From a virus (Duplodnaviria; Caudoviricetes): a stretch of DNA of 58,107 bases. The notes beneath the pieces were generated by a model. It ran no database searches and had not been told where the DNA came from. It saw only the letters and a list, made by a program, of their open reading frames with translations. Where the stretch lies: IMG/VR virus record IMGVR_UViG_3300020021_000013, positions 1-58,107 of that record; one strand, given 5' to 3'. Positions within the stretch are counted from its first letter, which is position 1; each line of letters starts with the position of its first letter. Made by a program: the position numbers and the translations under genes. Shown piece after piece: positions 1 through 8,427 of the stretch.

Positions 1-139
1 GTTCACCTGAAGTAGGCGGGACCAGTAGATTTGGTACCGCAGGTTGTAGACGGTGTTCGCCACGTACGTCAGCCCGGTGACGGCGGTCGTCGAGAGGGTG
101 ACGAGGCCACTGGCGACGATCTTGGAGAAGCGCAGCGAA
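1..139. repeat. Terminal direct repeat, left copy (circular assembly overlap)
   Basis: 1-139 equals 57969-58107 except T13 vs C57981; a reading frame runs through the junction. Confidence 0.95.
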
Positions 140-459
140 ACCGCGCCGCCCGTGGCGACCATCATGCTGCCCGCGTAAAGGTTGGCGGCGCTGCTCGCCT
201 TCGCGGCGAAACCGACGGTGGCCAGGTTGGTGGCCGGGATCGCGCCGAGCGCCACCTGCCCGGTGATGTCGACGTTCGACGACTGGAGATCGGCCAGGCC
301 CATCGGATTACCGGCCGCCGAAATGGCGATACTGGCCGTGTTCGGTGCCACGCTGAACTGTGTCGACGTGCCCGACAGCGTGTACGCCTGCCCCGAGCTG
401 GCCGAGCCGAGACCGTTGGCGACGGTCCGGCCGAACGTGTCGCTGTAACCGGTGATCAT
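1..459 (-). CDS. Minor tail protein, 5' part (continues at 57968..57198; about 409 aa in total)
   Basis: ATG at 459 directly after the stop of the 460-687 gene; MITGYSDTFGRTVANGLG... stays in frame with ORF 57198..58031 across the junction. Confidence 0.75.
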   Translation of the reverse strand, partial: MITGYSDTFGRTVANGLGSASSGQAYTLSGTSTQFSVAPNTASIAISAAGNPMGLADLQSSNVDITGQVALGAIPATNLATVGFAAKASSAANLYAGSMMVATGGAVSLRFSKIVASGLVTLSTTAVTGLTYVANTVYNLRYQIYWSRLLQVN

Positions 460-687
460 CTACGCCACCCGGCCCAGGATCAGCCAGGACGAATCCTGGC
501 GGAACACCGCCACCACGTCGCCGACGGTCGGCGCATACGAGGCGAGGAAGCCCACGCCGGACGAGAACGAGCCCCCCGCGACGGAGATCGTCACCACGCT
601 CCCGACCACAGCCGCGACGGTGGCGGTGCGCATCCCGTTGGAGATCCCGGCCGTCTTCTGCGTCTGGTGCGCCAGCCTGGTCGTCAC
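460..687 (-). CDS. Small tail-tip/baseplate-region protein
   Basis: 75 aa, beta-rich, YAPTVGDVVAV motif; coupled to neighbouring tail genes. Confidence 0.6.
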   Translation of the reverse strand: MTTRLAHQTQKTAGISNGMRTATVAAVVGSVVTISVAGGSFSSGVGFLASYAPTVGDVVAVFRQDSSWLILGRVA

Positions 688-1826
688 GAGGTCACCGGTG
701 CGTACGCTCGCAGGCTCAACGACATGTCTCCGGTCTCGCGTAGCGGCAGGGCGAAACCGACGATCACCTGCGTGCTCGCAGCGCCCTCGGCGGTCATCGC
801 GATCAGGTCACCCAGCTCCAAGGATGCGTCAGGCACGATCGACACAGGATCCCACGCCTGGGTGATCGCAGCGGCCTGCCGCAGGTTGGACCGGGCGGCG
901 GCGACACACTGCGACTGCGTGAGCGCCGCCTGGTTCTGGATCAGCAACGGCTTACGGCCGAAGTTGCCCAGATAGTAGGTGGGGCTGGCCGGGTTCACGT
1001 CGCGCACTGTAGCGAACACCGGCGCCGTGCCGTCCTGCCGTTCAGAGGCGAAGACCACCGAGTTGTAGACGCCGGTCCGGGATACGGTGATCGTCCAGTC
1101 CGCGATGGCGCCGTTCACGCCGGGTGCCGCCCCGGTGCCGTCGGCGAGGCTGACCTGCGCCACCTGGCCCGGCTTCGTCCACGGGGTGAGCCGCTGCACC
1201 ATCGAACCGTCGGCCAGCGGATACCACAGCATGGCGACGGTGGCGGACATGTCGTCGAGGGCCTGCGCCCGATCGGACTGCCACGCCACCGGGGCGATCA
1301 GGGTCCCGGTCAGGTCGGAGACGCCGAACGTGGCGTCGGGTAGGGCTTCGCGGACGAGGCGCCGGAACTCGGTGCTGATCGAGTTGGTGGTGACCGCCGA
1401 CTCCGGCGTCTCGAACTGGGCGTCGACGATGTCTGCGGCAAGGTCGTTGGCGGCGATGCTCACTTGGCCGCTACGGGCCATCTGGACCTGTTCGATACGG
1501 CCGTAGAACACCGGGAACGACACGATCGTGCCGTCTCCGTACACGACGCCCCGGGAGGCGCGCAGCCGGTTCCCGAACGGGGCCAGCAGGCCGCCCGTGT
1601 CGAAGCTGCCGTTGGTTAGCAGCGGGAACCAGGACCGGTCTACCGACAGGGTCAGAACGCGCGCTACGCGGCTGCTGAGGGTGGCGCGCACACTGCCGTC
1701 GATGAACGGCAGGTCGGAGTAGAGCACAGTGCCGTTGCGGGCCAGGACGTCCACGCGGGTGTAGACGGTGTGCGGACGCGTCAGGGCGTCCCGGTACTGC
1801 GCGTCGAGACCGCCCGCCCACACCAT
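684..1826 (-). CDS. Minor tail protein (baseplate hub-like, DUF5047-type)
   Basis: Start refined to ATG 1826 (MVWAGGLDAQYRDAL); DGSV...R.L.L motif, SRTGVYNSVV, LELGD; second gene after tape measure. Confidence 0.75.
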   Translation of the reverse strand: MVWAGGLDAQYRDALTRPHTVYTRVDVLARNGTVLYSDLPFIDGSVRATLSSRVARVLTLSVDRSWFPLLTNGSFDTGGLLAPFGNRLRASRGVVYGDGTIVSFPVFYGRIEQVQMARSGQVSIAANDLAADIVDAQFETPESAVTTNSISTEFRRLVREALPDATFGVSDLTGTLIAPVAWQSDRAQALDDMSATVAMLWYPLADGSMVQRLTPWTKPGQVAQVSLADGTGAAPGVNGAIADWTITVSRTGVYNSVVFASERQDGTAPVFATVRDVNPASPTYYLGNFGRKPLLIQNQAALTQSQCVAAARSNLRQAAAITQAWDPVSIVPDASLELGDLIAMTAEGAASTQVIVGFALPLRETGDMSLSLRAYAPVTS

Positions 1827-3118
1827 CAGCCTGCCAGCCCGTCCAGAACCTGCGTCCAGGTCAGCCCGGCAGCGTTGACCAGCGCCCAGGTCGCGTACCG
1901 GTTGCACGTGTCCTGCCAGCGCGCCCCGACGGTGCCCTGCATCGGCCCGCCAGGCGAGCTGACAACCGCGTGCGGGAGGGAGAACACCCGGAGCGGGAAC
2001 TTGTGGTCGGGCAGCACCCGGGCGACCTGATCGGCGCCGACGGACAGGTACCGGTCGGGCAGGCCGTACTCGTCGGGCGCCTGGAACAGCAGCGGCGAAC
2101 CGGGGGCCAGCAGGGCGATCAGCCGGTCCCGGTCGGCGAAGGTCCGCGACACCAGGGTCAGGGTGGAGGTGACCGAGCTACGCACCTTGGAGACGACGAC
2201 CGGGTTCGCCTGGTTGTTGACGTTGAACGTCGCCGCGTTGGCCGCCTGCGACTCGGTGTCCAAGCTCTGGAAGAAGACACCTTCCGTCGGCATGCACAGC
2301 GGATTCGGGTCGAAGGCCAGATCGACCCGGACGTTGCTGCCGGGCCGCAGCGGATCCTTGAGGCGGCACGCCCCCAGCGACGGCATCGACACCCCGCCCG
2401 AGGTGGCCGACCCGGCAACGTTCGTCACGGTGACCGAGCCGATGCTGGCGATGGTCGTAGCAGCCGGGGTGCCGTCCATCCGGATGAACGGCTGCACGCT
2501 GACCGTGTTGGCCGGGGCGGTCGCAGTGACGGTGATGGTGGTTGCGGCGAGCACGGTTGCGGCGGCGTTCGGGCTGGACAGGATACTGCCCGAGGCGTCC
2601 CGGAAGGTGAGGCCGACGGTGACGCTCTGCGAAACGTTGGCGGAGGCGCTGACCGTCAGGGTGAACACGACCGCCGGGTTGGCCGGAATGTCCTCCGCCC
2701 GGATCAGCGGGGTGGCAGTGGCGCCCCCCGTGAAGAAGGACAGGAAGTCGGTGCCAGACCTCGTCGAGGTGGGCCGGATCGTGATGGTCGCATCGGTCGG
2801 ATACCACGGGTCGGTGTACCCGGCGGAGAAGGTCGGGTTGGCGTTCAAGACGACCGACGGGGCGGCAGCCGTGTAGTAGACCGAACTGTCCATCGGCGCC
2901 TCAGTGTCGTACAGGACAGCCTTGTACCCGGCCTGCATCGGCGTGTACGGCAGGCTCCCGACGGTGGCCGACAGGCCGTGCCCGCGCACCGCTGTACTCG
3001 CGCCGGTGGTCGGGTCGACACGCAGGACATACGCGTACGGGGCGTCGACGTCGGAGAAGTCGAGGTCGAGCCGAACCTGAGCCTTCACGCTATCGGCGGT
3101 TGCGGTGATCGTGGACAT
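1826..3118 (-). CDS. Minor tail protein (distal-tail-like with carbohydrate-binding-like insert)
   Basis: 430 aa directly downstream of tape measure; YDTEAP motif, C-terminal TW..V repeats. Confidence 0.7.
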   Translation of the reverse strand: MSTITATADSVKAQVRLDLDFSDVDAPYAYVLRVDPTTGASTAVRGHGLSATVGSLPYTPMQAGYKAVLYDTEAPMDSSVYYTAAAPSVVLNANPTFSAGYTDPWYPTDATITIRPTSTRSGTDFLSFFTGGATATPLIRAEDIPANPAVVFTLTVSASANVSQSVTVGLTFRDASGSILSSPNAAATVLAATTITVTATAPANTVSVQPFIRMDGTPAATTIASIGSVTVTNVAGSATSGGVSMPSLGACRLKDPLRPGSNVRVDLAFDPNPLCMPTEGVFFQSLDTESQAANAATFNVNNQANPVVVSKVRSSVTSTLTLVSRTFADRDRLIALLAPGSPLLFQAPDEYGLPDRYLSVGADQVARVLPDHKFPLRVFSLPHAVVSSPGGPMQGTVGARWQDTCNRYATWALVNAAGLTWTQVLDGLAG

Positions 3119-3121
3119 CTG

Positions 3122-5521
3122 TCACCTCGTCCCGTATGCAAGCTCGTTGGCCTGGTCGTTCATCTTCTTATCGATACGCACGTCGAGGATATCGGTGATT
3201 TCCCGGGTGCCGAGGTAGACCCGGACGTTTGTCGCACCCGAACTGACCTTGCTGCCGAGCATGTCGAGCAGGCCCGTCTTCTGAGCCATGGCCGCCGCCC
3301 TGGACGGGTCACTCATCGGGATGACCGCCTCCGGCCCGGCCTCGCCGACAACCGCCAGGGTGGGCGCGTTGACCAGGCCGCCGGACGCCAGCAGCGGAAT
3401 GTGCGGCAGGCCGATGTGCAGGAAGCTGCCCACCCGGTCGATGCCGGAGTTGAAGCCGCCGATCACAGAGTCGATGCCCGACTTGAGGCCGCCCAGAATG
3501 TCGCCCCCGACATTCTTCATGAAGCCGGAGACCCGGCCGGGGAGTGCCCGCACGAAACTGACCACGTCGTCGGCGCCATTGCGGACGAAGTTCTTCGCGT
3601 CGTTCCAGGCGCTGCGGAATGCGCCGCCGATGATGCCGGGGAGCCGGTTCACGAATCCGGCGATCTTGCCGGGCAGCTGGGTGAAGATGAACATCACGGC
3701 GGCGACTTCGGTGGTGAGGATGGCCTTACCGGTGGAGAAGGCCAAATTCCACAGGTCGACGAACAGGTGCCCGATGCCTTTGATCGCATTCCAGATCAGC
3801 CCGGGCGCCTTGATGAAAACGGCGAGGACCACCCCGATCCCGATCCCGATCGCCTCCCCGGCGAGGCGCAGGGCCTCCGTGAACGCCTGCCAGAGCAGGC
3901 CCGGGAGGGCGCTGAGCGCGGCCCAGACACGTCCGGGGATGCTGTCGAAGAAGCCCGGCAAGGTGACCGTGAACCAGTTCCCGATGTCTTTGCCGACCCC
4001 GACGATCCACGCCCAGATGCCGGAGAAGAAGTCCTTGACCGCGCCCAGGGCAACCGTCAGGGCGTGGGTGACAACCCCCCAGTTCTTGTAGATCAGGTAC
4101 GCCCCGGCGGCGATGGCGGCCACGGCCAGGATGATCCAGCCCACCGGGCTCAGGGCGTCCACGATGCCTTCGTAGATGGCGACCGCCACCAGGGCCGCCT
4201 TGTAGATGAGCCACGCCCCGGCGGCAGCCTTGAGCAGGTCGGGATGCCGGGCCAGGACGTTAGCGGTCGTCACCAGCAGCGGCGTCAGCTTCACCAGGGC
4301 GGCCGTGAGCCCGCCCGAGAACGAGGTGACCAGGCTGGCGACCGCCGGGAGCAGCGGTGTGACGATCTGGAGAATCGAGGACAGCGCCGTGTTGAGCAAG
4401 GTGAAGATCGCCACCAGGGTCTGATGGCCCTGGGCCGTGGCGAAGAACTGGTCGAGCAGGCCGACCAGGCTGCCCAGGATGCCCAGCCCCTGACCGCCGG
4501 TCTCCTGCAACGCGCCCAGAATCTGCATGATCAGGCCGAATACGTTGCCGAGGATCGTGCCCAGCTGGTGCAGCACCACCAAGGCGTCGTCGAAGAACTT
4601 CGCCATGCCGCCCGAGCTGGCCTCCGCGTTGAGGAAGCCGACCAGCTGCGTAAGCAGGCTGGCGAAACCTCCGGACAGGCTCGCGAACAGCGGACCGGCG
4701 ACGGCGGCGACGGCGAGGAACGCGGACGCGAGCTGGCCGACCAGCGGGATGAACGGGGCGATGGCCTGGTGCGCGGCGATGAAGATCGAGGCGATGTCCT
4801 GCTTGCCGTTGCCGAACGCCGTCAGCAGGCCCCGGCCCATCTGCCCCAGGTCGGCGGACAGCTGGTGCAGCCCGGCCCGCAGCGTGGGCAGCAGGTTGTT
4901 CGACACTCGGGTGAGCACGCCCTGGAGCTGCACGAAGAAGGTTTGCTGCACGTCCTTCTGCAACTGCTGGAACGCCGGGTGCAAGTTTTTGATCTCTTGG
5001 ACGAAGGACTGCGCGGCCGGGGCCAGCTTCTTCATCGCCGCGTTGAACGCCGCCGCCTTGGTCGGGTCGAAGGCGTCCTTCAGGGCGGCGCCGACACCGT
5101 TCGTGGCCATCTTCAGCACGGCCATCGCGCCGACCATGGTCCCGATGGCGGCCGGGATGGTGGCCGACAGGGCGAGCGCGGCCGGGGCGAGGGCGGCACC
5201 GGCTTCGACGCCGAAGGCGATCAGGGTGGGCATGAAGGCGGCACCGATGCCGCTCACAGCGGACATCAGCCCCTTGCCGAAGCTGTTGCCGCCCTTCTTG
5301 CCCTCCTTGTCCATGTTGTTTTCGATCTTCTTGTCGACGCCTTTGCCGACCTCGTCAGCCGCCGACTCTCCGGCCTTCTCCGCCGACTTGTCCAGCTCGT
5401 CGAACTTCAGGCCCTTGGTCTCTTCGTCGAGGGTCTTCTTGATCTCCTCGCGTAGGCCCGGCGAAAACTTCGACAGGTCGGCGAACACCTGCACGAACGC
5501 GCGCCCCAGAACACCGGCCAT
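3122..5521 (-). CDS. Tape measure protein
   Basis: 799 aa Ala/Gly/Leu-rich helical; N-term GRAFVQVFAD; C-term LASGGLVNAPTLAVVGEAGPEAVIP. Confidence 0.92.
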   Translation of the reverse strand: MAGVLGRAFVQVFADLSKFSPGLREEIKKTLDEETKGLKFDELDKSAEKAGESAADEVGKGVDKKIENNMDKEGKKGGNSFGKGLMSAVSGIGAAFMPTLIAFGVEAGAALAPAALALSATIPAAIGTMVGAMAVLKMATNGVGAALKDAFDPTKAAAFNAAMKKLAPAAQSFVQEIKNLHPAFQQLQKDVQQTFFVQLQGVLTRVSNNLLPTLRAGLHQLSADLGQMGRGLLTAFGNGKQDIASIFIAAHQAIAPFIPLVGQLASAFLAVAAVAGPLFASLSGGFASLLTQLVGFLNAEASSGGMAKFFDDALVVLHQLGTILGNVFGLIMQILGALQETGGQGLGILGSLVGLLDQFFATAQGHQTLVAIFTLLNTALSSILQIVTPLLPAVASLVTSFSGGLTAALVKLTPLLVTTANVLARHPDLLKAAAGAWLIYKAALVAVAIYEGIVDALSPVGWIILAVAAIAAGAYLIYKNWGVVTHALTVALGAVKDFFSGIWAWIVGVGKDIGNWFTVTLPGFFDSIPGRVWAALSALPGLLWQAFTEALRLAGEAIGIGIGVVLAVFIKAPGLIWNAIKGIGHLFVDLWNLAFSTGKAILTTEVAAVMFIFTQLPGKIAGFVNRLPGIIGGAFRSAWNDAKNFVRNGADDVVSFVRALPGRVSGFMKNVGGDILGGLKSGIDSVIGGFNSGIDRVGSFLHIGLPHIPLLASGGLVNAPTLAVVGEAGPEAVIPMSDPSRAAAMAQKTGLLDMLGSKVSSGATNVRVYLGTREITDILDVRIDKKMNDQANELAYGTR

Positions 5522-5524
5522 AGG

Positions 5525-6094
5525 TCAGGAGCCTACGGGACCGGGAGGCTGGGCCTGCCCCATCAGGGCGGCGAACGCCGACTCGGCCGCCCGCTCGTCG
5601 TACATGTCCTCCGGCTTCACGCCCTCCACCCCGATCGGCGGGAGCCGCAGGTCGATGTCGAACTTGTTGCGTTCCTTCTCGTCCATCGTCCGCACGCAGA
5701 TCACGTAGATGGCGTTCAAGGCTGCCGCGAGGCTCACCTTCCCCAGGTCGACGCCGAGGCGGGTCAGCTCCCCGCCGATGATGCGCCATGACTCGCCGGA
5801 GGAGCGGATCAGCCGGTCCGCCTCCCACCACGGCCGCCCGGCGGCGGCCGTCAGCAGCTCCCGGGACCGCTTCGCGATGTCCTCGGCGGTCACCGTGCCG
5901 TCCAGCAGCAGATCGGCCACCCGCTCCTCGGCGTCCCCGTCCATTAGGCCCGGGATCAGGGGTAACGGCACATCCTGGTCGAGGATGGCCAGGAACCAGT
6001 CAACAGCCGGGTGCGGGGGCACCGTGAAGGTGTCCCCGCCCAGGTCGACGTCAATCGCCCAGATTCGCAGCGCGGCGAGGGCGTCAGTGGGCAT
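5525..6094 (-). CDS. Pre-tape-measure tail assembly chaperone-like protein
   Basis: Start refined to ATG 6094 (MPTDALAALRIW); AAGRPWWEADRL motif; position upstream of TMP. Confidence 0.6.
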   Translation of the reverse strand: MPTDALAALRIWAIDVDLGGDTFTVPPHPAVDWFLAILDQDVPLPLIPGLMDGDAEERVADLLLDGTVTAEDIAKRSRELLTAAAGRPWWEADRLIRSSGESWRIIGGELTRLGVDLGKVSLAAALNAIYVICVRTMDEKERNKFDIDLRLPPIGVEGVKPEDMYDERAAESAFAALMGQAQPPGPVGS

Positions 6095-6386
6095 CGTCGC
6101 GCGGATCGTGGATCGACCAGTGCTCCAAGGCGTCGCGCCATCCCTGCTTGTATGCGACCTTGCGCATGTGATCGTGGCGCCAGAAGTGGAACGGCAGCCA
6201 CACGGCCAGGGCCACATACGCGACGAGCTGGAGCGGCCAGGGCACATACCGGGCCAGATACTCCGTCCACGGGATCGTTCCCGCCGGGTGCAGCAGACCG
6301 GCCACACACTCCATGACGATCGCCGTCAGGGTGATCCCGAGGAACACCACCGTCCAGATGATCCGAGCCCGCTTGAGGCCCGTCAT
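6084..6386 (-). CDS. Small membrane protein
   Basis: MTGLKRARIIWTVVFLG...; two hydrophobic segments. Confidence 0.55.
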   Translation of the reverse strand: MTGLKRARIIWTVVFLGITLTAIVMECVAGLLHPAGTIPWTEYLARYVPWPLQLVAYVALAVWLPFHFWRHDHMRKVAYKQGWRDALEHWSIHDPRDDAH

Positions 6387-6529
6387 TCGCGCACCTCGAA
6401 AGGTTCCGCCTTGACGGCCAGCGCGGTTCCGTTGACCACCTTGAGGTGCGTTACGTGCGTGATAGCCGACAGCTCGGTGAACCACAGCGAGTTGATCCGG
6501 CCGTCGACCGTGACCACCCAGACCGTCAT
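6383..6529 (-). CDS. Hypothetical 48-aa protein (below the ORF-track cut-off)
   Basis: MTVWVVTVDGRINSLWF...; ATGA overlaps at both ends. Confidence 0.5.
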   Translation of the reverse strand: MTVWVVTVDGRINSLWFTELSAITHVTHLKVVNGTALAVKAEPFEVRE

Positions 6530-6888
6530 CGCCGCCGCCGGACCGGAGCCGCCGCCTTCGCGGCCGAGGATGCCCCGTTGAACTTCTCGCCCGCCGTACG
6601 GATCGAGGCGAAGACCTCCTCGGCGGTGACCTCCCCGTCGATCATCGCGTCGTCCAGCCAGTCCTTGTCCTCGTCCTTGACGATCATTCCTTCGACGACC
6701 TTGCCGACGGTGCCGAGGTTGCGGACGAGGCGGTCCCGCTGCTCCTGCGACATCTCGCCATCGTTTTCGATCTTGTGGTCGGGCAGGCCGCGAGCCACCC
6801 GGGCCAGCACCACCAGCGCTCCATCGGTCGGCTTCCGCATCTCAACCTCACGGCCGCCCAGCTCAATCAGCACCGTCAGCTCGCTCAC
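6526..6888 (-). CDS. Tail assembly chaperone
   Basis: GTG start overlapping upstream stop; acidic ~120 aa with basic C-terminal tail; tail-module position. Confidence 0.6.
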   Translation of the reverse strand: MSELTVLIELGGREVEMRKPTDGALVVLARVARGLPDHKIENDGEMSQEQRDRLVRNLGTVGKVVEGMIVKDEDKDWLDDAMIDGEVTAEEVFASIRTAGEKFNGASSAAKAAAPVRRRR

Positions 6889-7784
6889 GACATGAAGCCC
6901 TTCTCGACGCCCCAGGTCTCCAGCGCGTTCGCCGTCCGGCGGATCTGCGTAGCAACGTGGTGCTCCGCCCGGAACGCCTCCGTCGCGGCCCACAGGTCGG
7001 CGTCGAAAGCATCCGACGGGGCGGGCGGGGTCGGGGTCGGGGTCGGGCCGGGCTGCGACTTCGCCGTCCAGAAGTAGACGTCGCCCTGCTCCTGGCGAAG
7101 CCCCCACCAGGCGTCAGAGGTCATGTACCAGCGGCCCTGAGCGCCCCAGGCGGAACCCCACGAGTTGGGGCCGCCGACGAGCAGCTTGCCGGTGCCGTTG
7201 CCCGGCGCGCCGACCGCGACGACCTCGTCCACGCACAGCTCGTGCCCGCCAGCCAGGCCGGACGACATGGTGACGGTGATCAGGCCGTCAGAGCCGACCG
7301 TGAACATGCTGTTGTACCAGGGGATGCCGGTGATGCCGGGGCGGTCCATCAGCGCCTGGAGCGACGAATCGAGGTCGAGGGCCGCCTGGTAGCCGGACGC
7401 AACCCCCGCCTTGACGGCCATCTTCGACGAGGTGAGACCGTCGGAGCCGGTGTCGTCCGGCGTCCACGTGCCCGGGTAGGAGTCGTTCGCGGTGTTGTCG
7501 TGGTACCAGCCCTGCGCGCCCGGCTCGTCCGGCGTGTACGACCAGTTGAGGGAGCCGGGGGCGAAGAACGGTTCGTGATAGGCGCACGAGCATGAGGCGT
7601 TGCCGGTGCAGGAACCGATCTGCCCCTGGTCGAGAACGGCGATGTGCTGGGCGTGCCGGACCGAGACGACCGGGGTGTCGGTCGGCTGGACGGCGTAGTC
7701 CTTCGACCGGCTGTCCAGGTAGACGTGGCGGCCGAGCAGCGGGTGCAGCGGCAGCCGCTCCCGGTAGATGCTGATGACGGACAT
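6885..7784 (-). CDS. Papain-like (C1A) cysteine peptidase
   Basis: VLDQGQIGSCTGNA (Gln/Cys), GGHELCV (His), NSWGSAWGAQG (Asn); PT linker before short C-terminal domain. Confidence 0.85.
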   Translation of the reverse strand: MSVISIYRERLPLHPLLGRHVYLDSRSKDYAVQPTDTPVVSVRHAQHIAVLDQGQIGSCTGNASCSCAYHEPFFAPGSLNWSYTPDEPGAQGWYHDNTANDSYPGTWTPDDTGSDGLTSSKMAVKAGVASGYQAALDLDSSLQALMDRPGITGIPWYNSMFTVGSDGLITVTMSSGLAGGHELCVDEVVAVGAPGNGTGKLLVGGPNSWGSAWGAQGRWYMTSDAWWGLRQEQGDVYFWTAKSQPGPTPTPTPPAPSDAFDADLWAATEAFRAEHHVATQIRRTANALETWGVEKGFMS

Positions 7785-7796
7785 GGGTTCCTCCTC

Positions 7797-8252
7797 CTAC
7801 GTGTCACCGCCGCCGCCAGCGTCGGCAGCGGTGGTGGACTGCATCTTGTAGCCCTCGCTGGTTGCGACTTCGCGTAGCGCGTCCCTCAGCCATGGGCGTC
7901 CTCGCCGGGCGGGCTGGTGGACCCACTTACGCACCATCGGCTGACCGTGCCAGTGAAATGCGAGGGCCTTTTTGGTCTTGGGGTAGATGACGAGGGCGCG
8001 GCGGCCTTCGTGCACGGGCAGCGCGTACTTGACCTTGGTGAAGACCTCACCCGTGATCTTGTTCGACCCGGACGTGATCTTGAACTGGTGACTCGCCCGC
8101 AGGTTACCGGTGTCGACGGGCGTCAACACCCGGGCGCGGTTGAGCACCTTGACCGTCGTCTTCAGGACTTCCTTGCCGACATCGTCCTGCAAGATCCCCT
8201 TGATGACGTCCTGGAACAGGTCAACCCTGACCGACTTCACTCCGCCCGACAT
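7797..8252 (-). CDS. HK97 gp10-like neck/tail-completion protein
   Basis: TPVDTGNLRASH, YALPVHEG, RPWLRDAL motifs. Confidence 0.8.
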   Translation of the reverse strand: MSGGVKSVRVDLFQDVIKGILQDDVGKEVLKTTVKVLNRARVLTPVDTGNLRASHQFKITSGSNKITGEVFTKVKYALPVHEGRRALVIYPKTKKALAFHWHGQPMVRKWVHQPARRGRPWLRDALREVATSEGYKMQSTTAADAGGGGDT

Positions 8253-8418
8253 CCGGCACCTCCTGCGGTACAACACGAAGATAGCCGTTCTCCACGTGCA
8301 TGAGCGCCCAACCCATGTCGTCGGCGTCCTGCGTGAACCGGTCGCCGACATCCAGGGCGCTGAAACTCACCAGCACCTCGAACGTCTGCGGCGTCGTCTT
8401 ACGGCTCGTGCCTGCCAC
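8221..8418 (-). CDS. Hypothetical protein
   Basis: 65 aa with GAGGAG RBS, within structural operon. Confidence 0.5.
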   Translation of the reverse strand: MAGTSRKTTPQTFEVLVSFSALDVGDRFTQDADDMGWALMHVENGYLRVVPQEVPDVGRSEVGQG

Positions 8419-8427
8419 GGCTCCTCC

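Noticed and set aside
1970-5455. Long plus-strand ORFs (1161 aa here; also 8110-10011, 35945-37021 and similar)
   Set aside because: Antisense shadows of real minus-strand genes or RNA genes in high-GC DNA; no motifs
6526-6600. Programmed -1 frameshift at the end of the tail chaperone
   Set aside because: No slippery heptamer seen, and two genes intervene before the next chaperone-like ORF
7022-7050. GGGGTC x3 repeat
   Set aside because: Encodes the PTPTPT linker of the cysteine peptidase
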